DNA from: Trichoplax adhaerens | Lineage: Eukaryota > Animalia > Placozoa | Assembly: GCF_000150275.1 (NCBI RefSeq) | Contig: NW_002060949.1 | Span: 2,849,836 to 2,913,835, forward strand | Length of the DNA: 64,000 nucleotides | Reading direction: 5' to 3' | In this document: piece after piece, positions 49,678 to 64,000 of the stretch | Layout: every line of letters begins with the position of its first letter | Numbering within the stretch: the first letter of the stretch is position 1 | Translations under genes and position numbers: made by a program | Notes under the pieces: model-generated | What the model was told of the DNA's origin: nothing | Seen by the model: the letters and a program-made list of their open reading frames with translations, nothing else | Database searches by the model: none

Positions 49678-52600
49678 ATGGATTTAGATCAAGTTAAGAA
49701 GAAAAGAGGTGCAAAGAAAAGGCGACCTACCAAGGTTAGTTTAAAATCCTTTAATCATATTTAAAAATGGCTTCAAGAAAATCCAGTAATAAAACATCTA
49801 AATGATCTCATGAAAGAATTTGCAAATACAGTCCTATTCTATCTAATGTAAACCAGTAAGAACGAATCTGATTGACCATAGTAAATTAGAAAATCAAGAC
49901 AATCTACAATATATTTAGCTACTTATTAAACATTGAAGTAAATCAACTACTCAACATTTTCACCTATGAGTTATTGACTATATTATCATTTTATATACTC
50001 TATATTGTATTTGATGAAATTTATTACTACGACTATTTGAAAACATACGCCTAACAATAGAATTTGTTTGTCGAGAACTACTACCGCTTACACCAATTAT
50101 AATAACATCATCAGTTTAATTACCCTACTGCATGCGTATAGACATCGATAGACTGTATCTTAACAGGAATTCAATTATTATACTGTACTTCTTTCTAAAA
50201 GGCTATGTGGACATATTATATTTATATAATGACTATACATAAACAGTCTATATTCTCAGCACGATTAATATTGTGCTTGTACACTTAGTTGAACGATAAA
50301 ATTATACTTTAGACAGCAGGGCAACATACAGTAATCAAATACAGTTTTAAAAGCTTCTGCGAACATAGCGACTGCATGTGAAGCTTCATACTCATTCAAA
50401 ATGCTGCAATGTTATTTATGTTGATCAATATTCCCTAATGTTATGCATGTGAGAGTATATCATACGTAGCACATTTACGTACTATCCCAGTTGCAAATGT
50501 ACAATAACAACACACACTTGATTCAGTAGCAAATTTGAAGTATTTACACATTGATTTTGTACAAGGAGATTGAAGCTTTTTTTTTATAATTAATCAATCA
50601 TGCAGGAAGAAAGTAGTCCGCTAGCTGAAAATGAAGGTAACAGATTCTATTCTTTGATCTAAAATTACAGCCCACACCATAACTTTAACATACTGCATGA
50701 TAAATCCTTTTCACTATTTTATGCATTATTATTTAGGCGGTTCTGAAAACCTACGGCAAAAGACTAGAGCGAGATTTGCCCAACTACTTGAATCATCCAA
50801 AAACACATCTGATAACCAGTAATTAAAATTTCTATTAAATGACATGACTAAAGAATACAGTACACCTATATCAAGCTAATACGATAGCAGTACATGTAAA
50901 TGCAGTATATTTATCTGAAGATGTCATCCATCTTAGCTTTGCTGCTACAGTAATGTTATATAATTTATTTATTTACAATCAGATTGAATTCATTAGCGAT
51001 AAAATAAATTATTAAACGATATGAACTATTAGTCATCCATCATCAGAATCGATAGCTTTGATAGAAAAGTAATTACATCAGGTTTCGACATCTCTCTTTT
51101 CTAAATTTGTTAGACTTAATGAAAGCCTTAGTAAGAAAAGGCGATCGCCTCGCGGAGCATCTACACTGGTACGACAAAAATAATTCACTCAAGTTTATCA
51201 TTATGCAGTACTTGCATTAAATTATTTTATCAAGAGAAATTACAATTGCTAATACATAAATATTATTAGCTCATTATCTTTAAACCCCTTTCAAATGGTT
51301 ATCCATTTATTGATATTTCATGTTTATACGCATCCCGTAGTCCAACGAAGACGATGATGATCGGTTGCAGCCCCACGTGAAAATCCCTACTAAGGATAAA
51401 TCTCTAAATAAAAATAAAAAGAAGTCCAAATCAACTAGTATGTGAATAAATCACAGATACAGAAACTATGGCTAATTGCAATAGCGAAACTGTTATTATA
51501 AATATACCAATGGCTTTATACTCTGAACTATACCGTAACCTTAACGTTATCAGGGAAAGCAAGAGATAATGACAAGGAATATGAAAATGACGAGAACACT
51601 CCAGAGAAAGTTAATTACGCAGATAATGAAGGTTACATCCACGACGATAACAATGTATCACAGTCTATTCCGGAAGGGAAACGTACTAAGAAAAAAGCTA
51701 AATTTAAACTTAGCAACAATGAAAATCCGTACGTAGATTTTAGTACTGAGGCATAGTAAAGAATTCAGCTCTAAATAATATGCCATGTATTAGTAGTGAC
51801 TAAATCTATTCCTATTTCGTAGTCTACAAATCGTTTAGTAGACACCAGTTTTCAGAAAAATAGCTTTATCTTCTTTTCTGATGTCAATTTACAACCAATC
51901 TACAAATTTATCACTCTTCAGAGACGCAGATTACATCGACACCCCTAAAAAGCCAGACGATCAAGGGAAAGCTAAGACTGTACGCCCTACAGACGATATT
52001 TGTAATATTGATCACCATCGAACAAATTTATATTCAAATTTTAATTTATGCTATAACAGTCTACAGATATCGCTCATAATTACGTAATATTAAAAATTGT
52101 TTTACGGTAGGCAAAATCCAAGAGTAAGAAAGATAAAAGAAAAAAAGCAAAAGAAGATCCCGAAGCGAAAGATAAAAGTAATAAATGGATATCACATCAC
52201 TATATCCTTAATTTTACAGATCTAAAATTAGGAAATATGGCGTATCGTCACAAATATACATAATCGTAAATATGAGATATATTTGCCCTAATGTTAATAA
52301 ATTAGAAATGCTAGATTAGATGCAGTTACAGTATATAGCAATGATTAAATAATTAAAATTAAAAGATATCTATAAAGTAAAAACAATTAGTGTTTCACTT
52401 ATTGTTACTTTACCGGTTAAAGATACACGCTGGCGTACAAAAAAAGTACATGTATTTTGAAATTGTTTTGATAACTTCACTGCTATTCTTTTAAATCTAG
52501 AAAGAAAAAAAGATAAATCCTTAAGGATTCCTGTGGAAGGTAATAGAACATTGCACATGTACATGCAATTCATCATCATAGATAAATTTTGAAGCTTATT

Positions 52601-55600
52601 TGCGATCATAATATTTAATAGCTATACCTTACTATCTAGAGCCGATCCTGACTATTGCTGTACATAAAGCGGATCAGTTAGAACTTGATGTACATGTTAA
52701 GCACCCATTAGTGAGAATACATCTTGTAGATATTTCAAATGGACAATACGTTAAGAAGTCAAATAGGTAAGCATGCATAACATGTCGCTAACTTGCTATA
52801 CACCAAGTATTTGAGTTTGTATTAAGAGTCACTTAGGCCCTGACATGTATAAAAGCGTACACTAATCTACTGTTTATGATTTCTCGTAGAGATAAGTCTG
52901 TTGTTTCTTATTATGAAAATGAAAATGATGCTGTCGATTATATCTTACCAGTGATGACACAGCCATACGACTACAAAAAGCACCGGTGCAAAAATGCTTT
53001 CAGTTATTTTACTTACTTTACAAAATAATTCTGCTGTACATGCTATGAACTTGACTACTGATTATGCATCCATATTGTAATCCAAACAGATCCTTTACAC
53101 CTCATTGGGAAGAATTGATCCTGTATAATGAAGCATTTTCTTGCTTCGTTAAGCAAGATCAATCACAAACTATAGTATTTTTTGAGGTAAAGCTATGTCT
53201 TAAAGGTGCCATAAGTTCTTTTAAGTATTTTGATAAACTTTTTAACAGTTAAAATTTATTTTCGTTTTATTTCCACGATCACTTCAGATTCTAGATTTTC
53301 TAGGTATGAATATTACTAACACCGCCGCTGCGGCTAATCAAAACGGAGGTTGGCACAAAATTGCGTGGGCATTCCTAAAGGTATGACTACAGCATAAAAG
53401 AACTTTGATTATTACTATAGAATTAGTTTTGCTGACAGAAATGCTTAAAATTCCTTTAAATATGAAGCCCACTAAATATTCTAATTAAATTAATTGTGTT
53501 TATATTTCTTGATTCCTTAGTTAGTAGGAGGGAATGGAGAATTTAATACTGACAAAAGAGTCCGTTTACAATTATATCGTTGTCCTAGGACTGCTATTCA
53601 TCGAAAAAATGATTCTGCAGAGGTAAATATCGAGCAGGTTAATGACAGTTTTCGAACGATTCATATATACAGTATACCTAAATTTTGCAAAAAAATTTGG
53701 TTAACCATAGATTTATAAATGGTGGAAAGACTGTCCAAGAGTGAAATACCCATCCACACTTTACGTAACTGTTAAAAGTACTAAGCCTCCTCAGAATGTC
53801 GATCCTTCAATGCGATCAATGTTCCCTGTACAAAAAGTAACGCTTAGTAAATTCTATCTAGCTTACGGTCTCTATTTGCTTGTATTTCGCTAAATGTTAA
53901 TATCAAGCTTTACATTCAGTAAGGTGCCTGATTTAATTTCAATCGTTACGTATATAATTAATCGGTTCTTACTATTTCTACCATTTAGGAAGAAAGTAAG
54001 ATTACTTATGATGAATTATCAAATACTATTATTGATGAAAAGAGACTAAAAGACTTGTAAGGACTGCCTTCTATTCGATTAAGTATTTAAGTCTTGCGGT
54101 AATTTGAGATTGAACATAGGTTGATCGAGATAATTAAAAAAACAATTTATAGGAAAGCAGAAGAAGAATCGAAAATTCAATGGAGTAAATTACCAAGCCA
54201 GGTCTTCTTGACTTACATTCAATTATGATCCTATGCTTATTTGGTTCGATTTTTATTATATAATTAAATTACTATATGTAGGACTGTCGTATACCTAATA
54301 AATTACTGCATAACTTCTCCACCGGTATGAGAGGGTGCCTCGTTGTAAAATTTTCTCATAACGGAAGGTATTACGGTATATAATGTTCATGCATCGAAAA
54401 ATTTTCAAATATATAACTGACAAATAAACTAAATGTTTAATATGAAATAATATCCAAAAACAGAAAAATAGCGGCAGGATGTGTAGACAAGCAAAGTTAT
54501 CCGATTCTTGTGTATGATGTAAGCAAGCAATAATGTTGTATAATTTACACACTTACTATAAATCTAAGTTGTGATAACGTTAAACTTTTCGATGTCATAA
54601 TCATTTTTTAAGTCCTATTCTTAGGGGAATTATGAGCGTAACCTATAATTCTTTAACTGCTTATGACTTTTAGCTTAAAACTGGTAAATGCTGTAACACC
54701 TTTACCGGTCATTTTAGCATCATTTACGATGTATCATGGTCTGCTGATGACGAAGAAATTCTAACAGCATCGTCAGATGGAACGGCTAGGTTATTTTTTA
54801 CCCTCTAAAAGTTACAAATTAGGCATTATCATCTTGATAAGTTTAAAGAAAAGTTTATTAATACGAATGTAGCAACCTCTTTCATTGAATATCTTTCATC
54901 ATTTGTATCTATTATAGAGTCTGGAATTTTAACGAAAGTGGCGGTGCATCTAAGATTTTACCACACCCAACTTTTATTTACACAGCTAAGTATCACCCAG
55001 TAACCTCTACCTTGGTTATTACTGGAGGGTATGATTTTGTAATTCGTATTTGGAACACGTATACCTTGGAACAAAGCGGGCAGGCAAGTCTATAATTCAG
55101 TAGTAAATCACAGAGTTAATATCATCTGTTTTCCTTGTAAATGTAAAAAAATGTTTATATATTTAATTAGTTACTAGCGGAATTACCTGGTCATAGCGGA
55201 TATATTAATACCATTGCTTTCAGCAAAGACGGTAAAATTAAAATTTAAACTAAATTTTTATAACAATAGTAGTCATAAAATTATAGCGCTGTAGTATCTG
55301 ATAATTCTTAGTAATTACCATCTACAACGTCTGTTCAGGTGATAGAATGTTTAGTGGCGATAGCGTTGGTGGCTTACTCGCTTGGAGAACTGAACTTAAT
55401 ATTAAAGAAACTCCTGTAAAGATAGGTAACCCTGTTCTATTAAATAATTTGTAAGAAATTCATGCTGTAATTGACTGCGTCTAAAATTTTAAAGCCGATA
55501 TAGAAAAGTTCTCAATGCTGGAAAACTTAAGCGATAGCCTAATGAGTGTAAGTGTGCTCTAAATTCTTAGATATTTTGAGAAAATCTAGAAAGTATCTAA

Positions 55601-58391
55601 ATATATTTGTTTATGCTAACATTTTTAACTTAGACTGCCAGCATCAATCACATTGAGTTACATCCTAACGGTCGACAATTGGTAGTTTTATGCAAAGATA
55701 GTGCAATACGCGTTGTAGACTTAAGAATGTAAGTGCTCTTTGAAATTAATTATGAGAACCTTTGTTTCGATGAATTTCTATCGACATCTCTTTTTATCTA
55801 CTATCTTATTTGTAGGGGTTCTGTTATACAAACATTTACCGGATTAACTTGCTTTAAAGATCGTATCCGTTGCACCGTTACACCTTGTGGTACATATATC
55901 ATATCAGGATCTGAAGATTGTAATGCCTACGCCTGGAATATTACCTCTGGTTAGATATCCAAAAATATCCCTTTTTCTTCTGATTCTATTCATGAATTAA
56001 AAGATTTAACTGATCTATATTGGAATAGGCAAAAGTGCCGGAGACTTCTCTTCATTACAATATCGTTTTCCAGTTATTGATGTTGACTTTCACCCCTATG
56101 ATAATATCGTAGTCTTCTGTGCTTTTGGAGATCACCAACCTATCTTGATTTATTCTTATGATGCAATACGTAAGTAATATCATGGGTTAGAGTAGCATTT
56201 TCTTTTACAGAATTTACGTCTACGTTAAAAATGATGATTATAGACAGAATTTTGCTAATCTTACACCATTTCATTTGCTAAATAGTAAAAGATGTTAAAA
56301 CGGACAGCATCCTTAAAAATACACAGACCATGGATAATAAAGCACAAGATAGCACCGAGTTATCACGATGTAAACAATGTTAACATTATGGATGTTATTT
56401 TTAAAGAGCATAATCAATTCTTCATGTTCCTGTATACATAAATTCAATGCGGCATGTCTTTAGTTCATGCAGTTATAACTTATACATAGATTTGACATTG
56501 CTATTTTACCCTGTCTTTAATACTGGTATAATTGTCAACGTTAGCTGTCTCTCTCACTGCGACAACCGACATCAAGGCACTAAAGCAGTCAATGTTCGAT
56601 GTAGCCATGTCGAAATTAAGTCTAGAAAAAGCAAAAGAAAAATTTCAAGACCCGGTGGTAAGATTTCTGAAGTAGTCTACTTTAAGACACTTGCAATATA
56701 AGATTTGACTGATATTTATTTAATTTAATAGAAAGTCATTGAACCAGTATTAGATAGAACGGCAGGAGTGTCTCCTTTTCCTAGTAAAAGTAGTATTAAT
56801 GAAACTTGGGGCGATTCAACATTTGATAAAACGTACTTTCCTCCTTCGGGAAACGAATACAGTAATCAGACTGCTCAGCACTTGCATCCAAGTGAAATGA
56901 ATTTCGGTGGTCAGATGCAACCCCAATTATCAAGATTGGGAAGTATCGTTGAGGGATACGATGCTATTGATCGATTAAGGCAAAGGACATCATCTGCTAT
57001 GAGTAATGAACTACCAGATTTTAAAAATATTCGACGGGGATCTTCCGTCTTAGAAGGAAGCATAATAGCTGGATTATCGTCATTTAATGCCGGAACAGGT
57101 ATACCATATTTTCGACTATCTTTTTGAAATTTGCTTATCGCGATGATGACATCAGTCATAATCTGCAATAGAAGCTATGTATACCATTTACGTATTACGA
57201 ACCATTTTAGTTCATTTATTAATCAACTCTCCACTTAGGAACACGTCGTCCGTCTCTTATTGGAGGATATGGTGGTTATTTGGATCGTCAGTTCTCGGTT
57301 CATCCCGACGGAAACCAACCTCTATTATTTGGGCCATCATCTTCACATAGCGGAACAGTAGTAATTTCCTCTACCTAGGCAATATTTCATGTAGACCGAA
57401 AACTACAGCAGTAGAAAGTTTATTTTTAAAATTGTTGCAAATTTATCAAATGTTTATAGGCTACCGCTTTATATGATTATGAAGCAAGTCGTTCTGATGA
57501 ATTAAGCGTACGGCAAGGTGATCAAATAGCGGTCTTATACGTGGAAAACCAATGGTTGATGGGAATGCTACCTAGCGGCCAGCAGGGTTACGTCCCTATC
57601 AACTACTTGGCAACTGATAGAGGTTACAAATGAATAATTTTATTTGATGGCTACTGGCCAGTGTATTCTTATATCGGCGTTATGGGTTATGGTGAATTAT
57701 CGATTTTATTGTAGATATATTAAAAAATTCCTCAAATGCAGACATTTCCGAAATGGGTGCAAGCGCATCAACTCAAAACCAGGCCATTAACAGTAATACG
57801 GAACATGTTAGTAAAAAATAGATAATGTTGTATCTTACGCATTTGAATTGTTTTTATCGACAAAATATCTAAGGAAAAGTTGCTCACTTTAGCAATTTCT
57901 TACCTAAATGTGCCACAACGTCCAGTACTCAGTTTTAGTTCCAAGTTATTGATTATCATTAAAGTATCTAATGGTAATTGTTAATTTTCATCCAACTATA
58001 CCTTACAATAGTCTTAATGTGTAAATATAAAATTCAATTTAGCTTTCAGCTGTTATTAGTAAAACTGGAGAACTAAAAATTGTTTCTGGACCGGAAGATT
58101 CGGATATAGAAAGGTATCACAAAACTAATTTATGGATAAACTGAATACTTATTTCTTTGAGACAATTATTCTTCTGCGTTTAAGTAACAAATACTTATTA
58201 TAGCGTATAGTGGTAGCTAATTTACTGTCGAAAATTTGAAATACATGCAAATTTTTTATAAAGCAATTGCGAAAGTATCTTATTTTCACGTACACAGAAA
58301 AAGGAATCAAAGGCGGAAAGTTGATAACTCAGAGAAAGGCACCCGTAGGAAAGGAAGCAAAAGCCGTAAAAATCTACAGCAAACTCATTGA
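49678..58391 (+). CDS. AHI1: Jouberin (AHI1): N-terminal KTRARFAQLL motif, C2-like region, WD40 repeats, SH3
   Basis: HPLVRIHLVDISNGQYVKK, VSYYENENDAVDYILPVMTQPYD, FFEILDF, KIAWAFLKLVGGNG, RLQLY, YPSTLYVTVK, WD40s (GHFSIIYDVSWS, LPHPTFIYTAKYHP, TPCGTYIISGSED, FHPYDNIVVFCAFG) and SH3 (ALYDYEASRSDELSVRQGDQI...QGYVPINY). Start codon is the most plausible one but not certain. Confidence 0.95.
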
Positions 58392-61300
58392 TGCAGTTGT
58401 AAAGTTAAAGAGGTTCCTATTTTATATTTAGCTAACTTTTATTTTTTATCAGCTCTATTTGATATTTATAGAAATCTATTTCTTAGCAATAATCTCGTAT
58501 GCTAAATTCGTGATATAGATTACTTTCTATAATTGATTTATTGACTTTTATCGCTGGGTTCGAAATAAGATTTTATCTTTTCAAAATGGATTACTTTTCA
58601 TTGTACTGTATGCTGTAATTTAATGCTGTATCAATATCCGAAATCAACTATTGATTGATTCCTTTTAATTAATCAAATGTAATATACCATGAAGCCACTT
58701 TTTAATTCTCAGCCTAGTTTGATGATAGCTAATGTAATATGGCCATTATGGTTATCGTAATATTTCATCGACAGTACATCGGTCTGACTAGATATCAGAC
58801 ATAGAATGTGAATTTAAAATGTTGTCATATAGTAGTACTTTGAGTTTGTAGTAGCAAGACAAATCTCGATTATTTACGATCAAAATGTTTTGCAAAGAGA
58901 TACGAATGAATTAATCGAAAAGTTTAGGTACATCTGCTAACGCATTTACTTTATATTTTATGGTCTTGTATAGTAATGAAATTTCATTAAATCTAATATT
59001 TAAAAGAGTTATTACTGGTACAAATTAATTTGGCTTGGCATTATTGAAAGATAGTTTGACAAACCTGTTTTGCGTGAGTCGTGTAAGATCTTTTAGGATA
59101 CTTTTTAATGCTCTATACTGTACAATGCATAGATTTGTAATCATCATAATTAGGTTAAGCTTCTGTAATGGAGCATATGTGATTATCATATTGAGTGACG
59201 AGTGAGTCATTATTTGAACACGTTAACAGATCGTTCAAGGTCACTCAATAGGAACAAAAAAATCAGTAGAAGCGTTAGTAGTTAGGACATTCTGCAGCAT
59301 ATCGAGTTACGGTAATAAATAGAATACACGTATATTAAATAATCTAATCAATGATGAATTCTATTATATAGCGTACTTGAAGACTGAATGAGGTGTATAT
59401 TAGTAGCCCGCTAATTGTCGATAAAATTCAACGAATCTAAGGCATGAATTTTAATATCTTCTTGCCAATACTGTAGAGCGCGATTGCGTAGGGCAATACT
59501 TACAGTATATTCATATCATTTTATTGTACTGTACAGTGTAATGAAAGCGATTTGCATGCTGTAGTTTATTGTAGATCATCATAGGCATACATTAACCTCA
59601 GTTGTAGCATGTTCTCATTCGATATTGTGCTTCAATTTACACGAAACTTATCTTGAATTAAGAAAAATATCTGCAGTTTTGCAACGAGACAGAAAAAGGA
59701 GCTGAGAATAGATCTAAAATGTTAGCTAAGCATAAATGCAGGTATCTAGAATTTAAATAGTCCTAATAGCCTTCATCCATTCTTGCAATTGTAACGAGGC
59801 CACTCACGACTAAAGATGAGATGACCCACTATAAGGAATTAACTGTTCACTGAACACAAATGCTATTATCAAACATGTAATAAGTTGGCTTTCTTACAAT
59901 GTAACGCCTAAATAAGTCATCTTGATTATGATTTATGTTCAATATCACAGAAGAAACCTTCACGTATTAGTATTATGTACTGCTGAAGATCCTAATCTAT
60001 ACTAATTTATTTATGTTGAAGATTTTCTTATGCTATGTTTGTGATCTCCCTTAAATACTGACCAAGTTATCATTAGACACAATTGATTGAACGACGTTAA
60101 CTGGCTATAGCCAAATAAGTGAACAAATATTCCCGATAAAGAGAGTCGACATGTACGACGACTTCGAAAATGTAGAGTACTCACAGAAATTATTAATTTG
60201 AATCCCATTAATGATATATTATAATTCAATCAATTAATATCATATTGATGCAATCGAAGGCCATTTTAATCCGGGAGTCAAGGTTAATGCTGAAATTTCT
60301 TCACACAGGAAGAGAAAAAGTGTTGTTTGAAAATTCATTTATCGAAAAGTCTCGACATTATTGTGTAGTTTCCTGTCCATATGATTTTTATAAATAATTA
60401 AATTGATTAATAACGTCAACTAGCCTATGTCAGTCTTCGCCTATATTGCTCATCAATTGATAATATTATCAAATTAATCTAATTACGTCAGCAAATATAA
60501 ACTTATAGAAAATCTCTCTATCGACGTTATTACCGCATATTTTTGTAATTGAGGCAAATATCTATTAAGTATTACCAATTTAGTGTATAATTATAATTAT
60601 AATACATCAATGTATTAGACAATTGCAAATGAGATCGTCCACCTATAGCAAGAATTACAACTTTCAGATCGTAGCAATAGTTTTTATTGCAATCATGTTA
60701 CAAATAATCACAATAGGTGATAAAAAGCTGCCACGCCTTTGAACAGCAAAAATGTTTTCAAATAGGAATATCGTAGTTTTAGATTCAAAAATGAAAACCA
60801 GTATTGAATTGTTACGTAAATTTGTAGGTGCGTAACTACTTGATTACAATTATTAATCCCTAAGAATTAATTCAATTTTTCCAATAAATCCCCTCCAGGA
60901 CGGATAGGAGTGACAACTACGGTATAATGCCGTCAAAATACAATTCAATTTCACTATTATATGATTGTTGTCTGTAAGTTTCGTAAAATTGCATACTTGA
61001 ACTTTAGAAATTGTAATAAGTATTGATCGGGTGATTTAATAGTAACCTTAATGCAAGTATTAATAACTGTACACAAAGTATCAATCATACTCAGATCGTA
61101 CTGTATTCAAATAAATTAAAAACAAAACAAGTGCCATGTTCTAGATCTAGTCAAAAAGAAAAATTACAGATCAAATTATATCTTTTCTACCACTAGAAGC
61201 AAGTATGCAGAATTATGACGAAACACCCTGGGTTGAAAATGAAGTTGTATTTTAATTGGTTACAATAAGTTTAACAACTGAGTATAACTAAATCTTTGAA

Positions 61301-63435
61301 AAATGTGTAAAATTAATCAGCTGTAAAATAATCAATCTAAAGCAAAAAATGATTATTATACAGATGAAAAGTGCATGAGGCAGTTTATCAAAGTAAGCAA
61401 AAGATATAACGTAATTTTAAAAAGGTAATCTATTGAGTATAGCTATTGAAATGCAACTCGAAAATTTGTACAATTAAAGACTAACTATGCAACGTAGTTT
61501 AACGCTTGCATTTAATATCTACGGTATTAAATTACTGCCAGGAAATTAAGAATGGTAATTTGTAACGCATTTGGCGATGAAGACAATAAATAATTATAAT
61601 TTAGCCGAAATCTAAATTGCTTCGTAATGAAGAATGAAAAAGGTATTTTAAAATGATTGATCTTCCTCTTAAAGAAAGAAATAAAGATCAAGTGAATTTA
61701 AGAGTCTTCAATATCAGTTTAGCATAATAAATTATTTTAACTTACAAAGTGTAAATGAATTCTTAATAACCATCATGTTATGTTACAGTAAATGTGTAAT
61801 CATGACAATCAACTTAAATAAGTACGTGATGTATACAGAAATGATTATAATCAACCTCCTTACAATCGTATCAACTCAGCCATACAATCATTTTTAGCTC
61901 ATACAAATTATAGAGGTCGATTAATAATTAGAAAAACTGATATATTATGCGATACCAAATGTCTTGAGATGATAATTAAACGGTATTTGCAAGAATAATA
62001 ATTAATAATGAAATTATAAGAGCTATCATACCAAGCTAGATATTAGCCTTTATAACTATGTCATTAATGAATGATTACTGATTCAATAATGCAATAGCTA
62101 TCGAAATGTAGCAATGTTATAAATTTTATGAAAAATTAACGATACATAATAAATGGATAGGCAAATAGTTAAATAGATGAATATTAAACAGTGCAAGTTA
62201 AACATAAATCTATGGAGAATAATGTTGGTTATAGCAGTTAAGATAAAATCATTAACTTTGCTAAAATATAAATAGTAGAAGTATTGCTTTTGTGCTTCCC
62301 TATTAATAAACACAAGAGTTGCACTTGCGTAGATAAAAAAGAATAGTATCTATTAACGCAAGCGAAACATGATGTAATCTATGAGAGTGAGAGAAAAAAG
62401 TATAAGAACTCATTACAATCATTATTAGCGGTTGACAAATTAGGATCCAGCTAATTATTGCAAATTATTAGTTATTAACACAGTCTTGTTATCATGGTAA
62501 TAGACCACCGACCAGCCTTTTACATATGTAAATTATAGTCCTTATGGAAGATAAGCGAATTAATTAAAGGCTGGCAATTTAGGTAGCAGTTAGAATGGTT
62601 ATATTTTCAAGTTAGATTGCAACTAAGTGAATAGAAGACGATATCAGCGTATGGTAAATAGTTTTGATGGATAATATAATCTTATATACTGATATTAACA
62701 AGATTTTTTAATACTTAAAAGTTGATATATCAGTACATAAATAAAGAAACTGTGGTGATAAAACACAGATATTTTAACTTGGATAACCATGAACCTAAAC
62801 CCAATTATGGTTTCACTAAAAAGTTTGCTGTAAATCCGATATAATAAAACTTATATGTTATACATACGAAATAGTGCATAATCTAGGATGTCTATCTTAT
62901 GGTGAAAATTACATTTACATGTGAGTTAAATAACAATTTAAGCTTACGTATATATATATATTATATTACATATTTATATCTATCTATATATGTATATATA
63001 TATAAACATGATGATAAATCGTGTGTTAATCGAACCAGTACGGCCTCATTAGATTATTGTGCATTGAATAATACGTTTATCTGCCCTGATTTCATATCCA
63101 TGATCAAATCACCTGATACGATATCGATGCAAAGTTTTAATTATGGCAATCACCATTAATTAAAAGAAGAAGCATACTTTCAATTGAAAATCGAGGACAA
63201 GCATTTTTTAGTATGAACAAAGTTTTAACTGTTGATTGCTACGTTAATCAGTTACATTATTATTTTTCTCAACTACAATAAAGCCATGAGTATATATCAC
63301 TTGTATGAATACAAATTAGTTATGTTGCAGAAATATTTAATCTTGCAAGTTAACAAATTGCCATAGGTATATGATATCTATCCCTGACTCGATAATGTAA
63401 ATGGATACAATCCAGCTTTCATCTCTACCTTATAA

Positions 63436-64000
63436 CTACCGTTGGCATAAGTTACTAGATCTATTTTGGCGTACATTAATGCTAAAGGTATTGTTATTAT
63501 TATTAGTGATGGTAATATCATCATCCAATGTTGCATAGAGCTCATTTTCTTTCCTATCCATTTTACCCAAACAGACTGGGACAATATCATTTCTAACATT
63601 GTTATTATTAAGGGAAACTTGACAATAAGGATTAGAGACAATGTGAGTATTGCTGCAACGTTGATTACCAGCAAATGAATTATTATCCTTCTTGACAATA
63701 GTACCGGTATTATTAATGATGGTTGTTGATGTTGATGCCAATTGTGTTACAGGACCCATTGACGTAGTGGGCTGCGATCGAGATTTTCGACTAGTAAAGG
63801 CATTCTTCAGACGTTTTCGATAATAAATAGCAGCAATAGTGGCAAGGGCAGCTACAACACAACTAGTAGCGATAATTATGTTTATCGTCGAAGATTTATG
63901 ATCTGTTAAAGCACCATTATTAACCTGAACAACGACAAATGCGTAGCCAGATATCGATTTATTGTATCTGTTGTACGTTCTAACAAGTAACTTGTAAGCA
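63436..64000 (-). CDS. 3' part of a type-I membrane protein, cadherin-like (end of an extracellular repeat, TM helix, cytoplasmic tail); 5' part outside the window
   Basis: The frame is open from the window edge: AYKLLVRTYNRYNKSISGYAFVVVQV (resembles the last strands of a cadherin repeat), TM INIIIATSCVVAALATIAAIYY, stop-transfer RKRLK, then continues in frame into the 63436-63759 ORF. Confidence 0.6.
   Translation of the reverse strand, partial: AYKLLVRTYNRYNKSISGYAFVVVQVNNGALTDHKSSTINIIIATSCVVAALATIAAIYYRKRLKNAFTSRKSRSQPTTSMGPVTQLASTSTTIINNTGTIVKKDNNSFAGNQRCSNTHIVSNPYCQVSLNNNNVRNDIVPVCLGKMDRKENELYATLDDDITITNNNNNTFSINVRQNRSSNLCQR

Noticed and set aside
58400-63400. Short ORFs and small hairpins in the 5-kb gap between AHI1 and the cadherin-like gene
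   Set aside because: The ORFs are low-complexity AT-rich translations without consistent splice structure; no RNA gene or transposon hallmark was recognised.
63378-63698. Alternative-frame hydrophobic ORFs (63378-63698 - and 63466-63678 +)
   Set aside because: They overlap the better-supported frame that is continuous with the TM helix and extracellular segment.

Overview
AT-rich, intron-dense animal genomic DNA with mostly short GT-AG introns. The composition and the abundant TACAG/CTGTA simple repeat suggest a placozoan (Trichoplax-like) genome; this is an inference. Stitching exons by eye gives eight recognisable genes: TGS1 (-, runs off the left edge), TMEM14 (+), PPP1R8/NIPP1 (-), DDX24 (+), PAK1IP1 (-), RTEL1 (+), FAM135 (-) and AHI1 (+). 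The right edge holds the 3' end of a cadherin-like single-pass membrane protein (-). Weaker candidates are a degenerate or orphan gene at 4.8-6.9 kb, a possible antisense gene nested in PPP1R8 intron 2, and a possible SCAMP-like membrane gene at 46-48 kb. The most striking unexplained pattern is non-coding. Dense blocks of a GTAC-centred repeat (TACAG/TACTG/TACAGTG, often the palindrome TACTGTACAGTA) lie just upstream of all eight recognised gene starts, including both confirmed head-to-head promoters. They are sparse in distal gene bodies and between convergent genes. Three of these blocks adjoin their own unrelated tandem repeat (123-177 bp x3, 72 bp x23 with higher-order structure, ~140 bp x3). 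No tRNA, rRNA, CRISPR array or intact transposon was seen.
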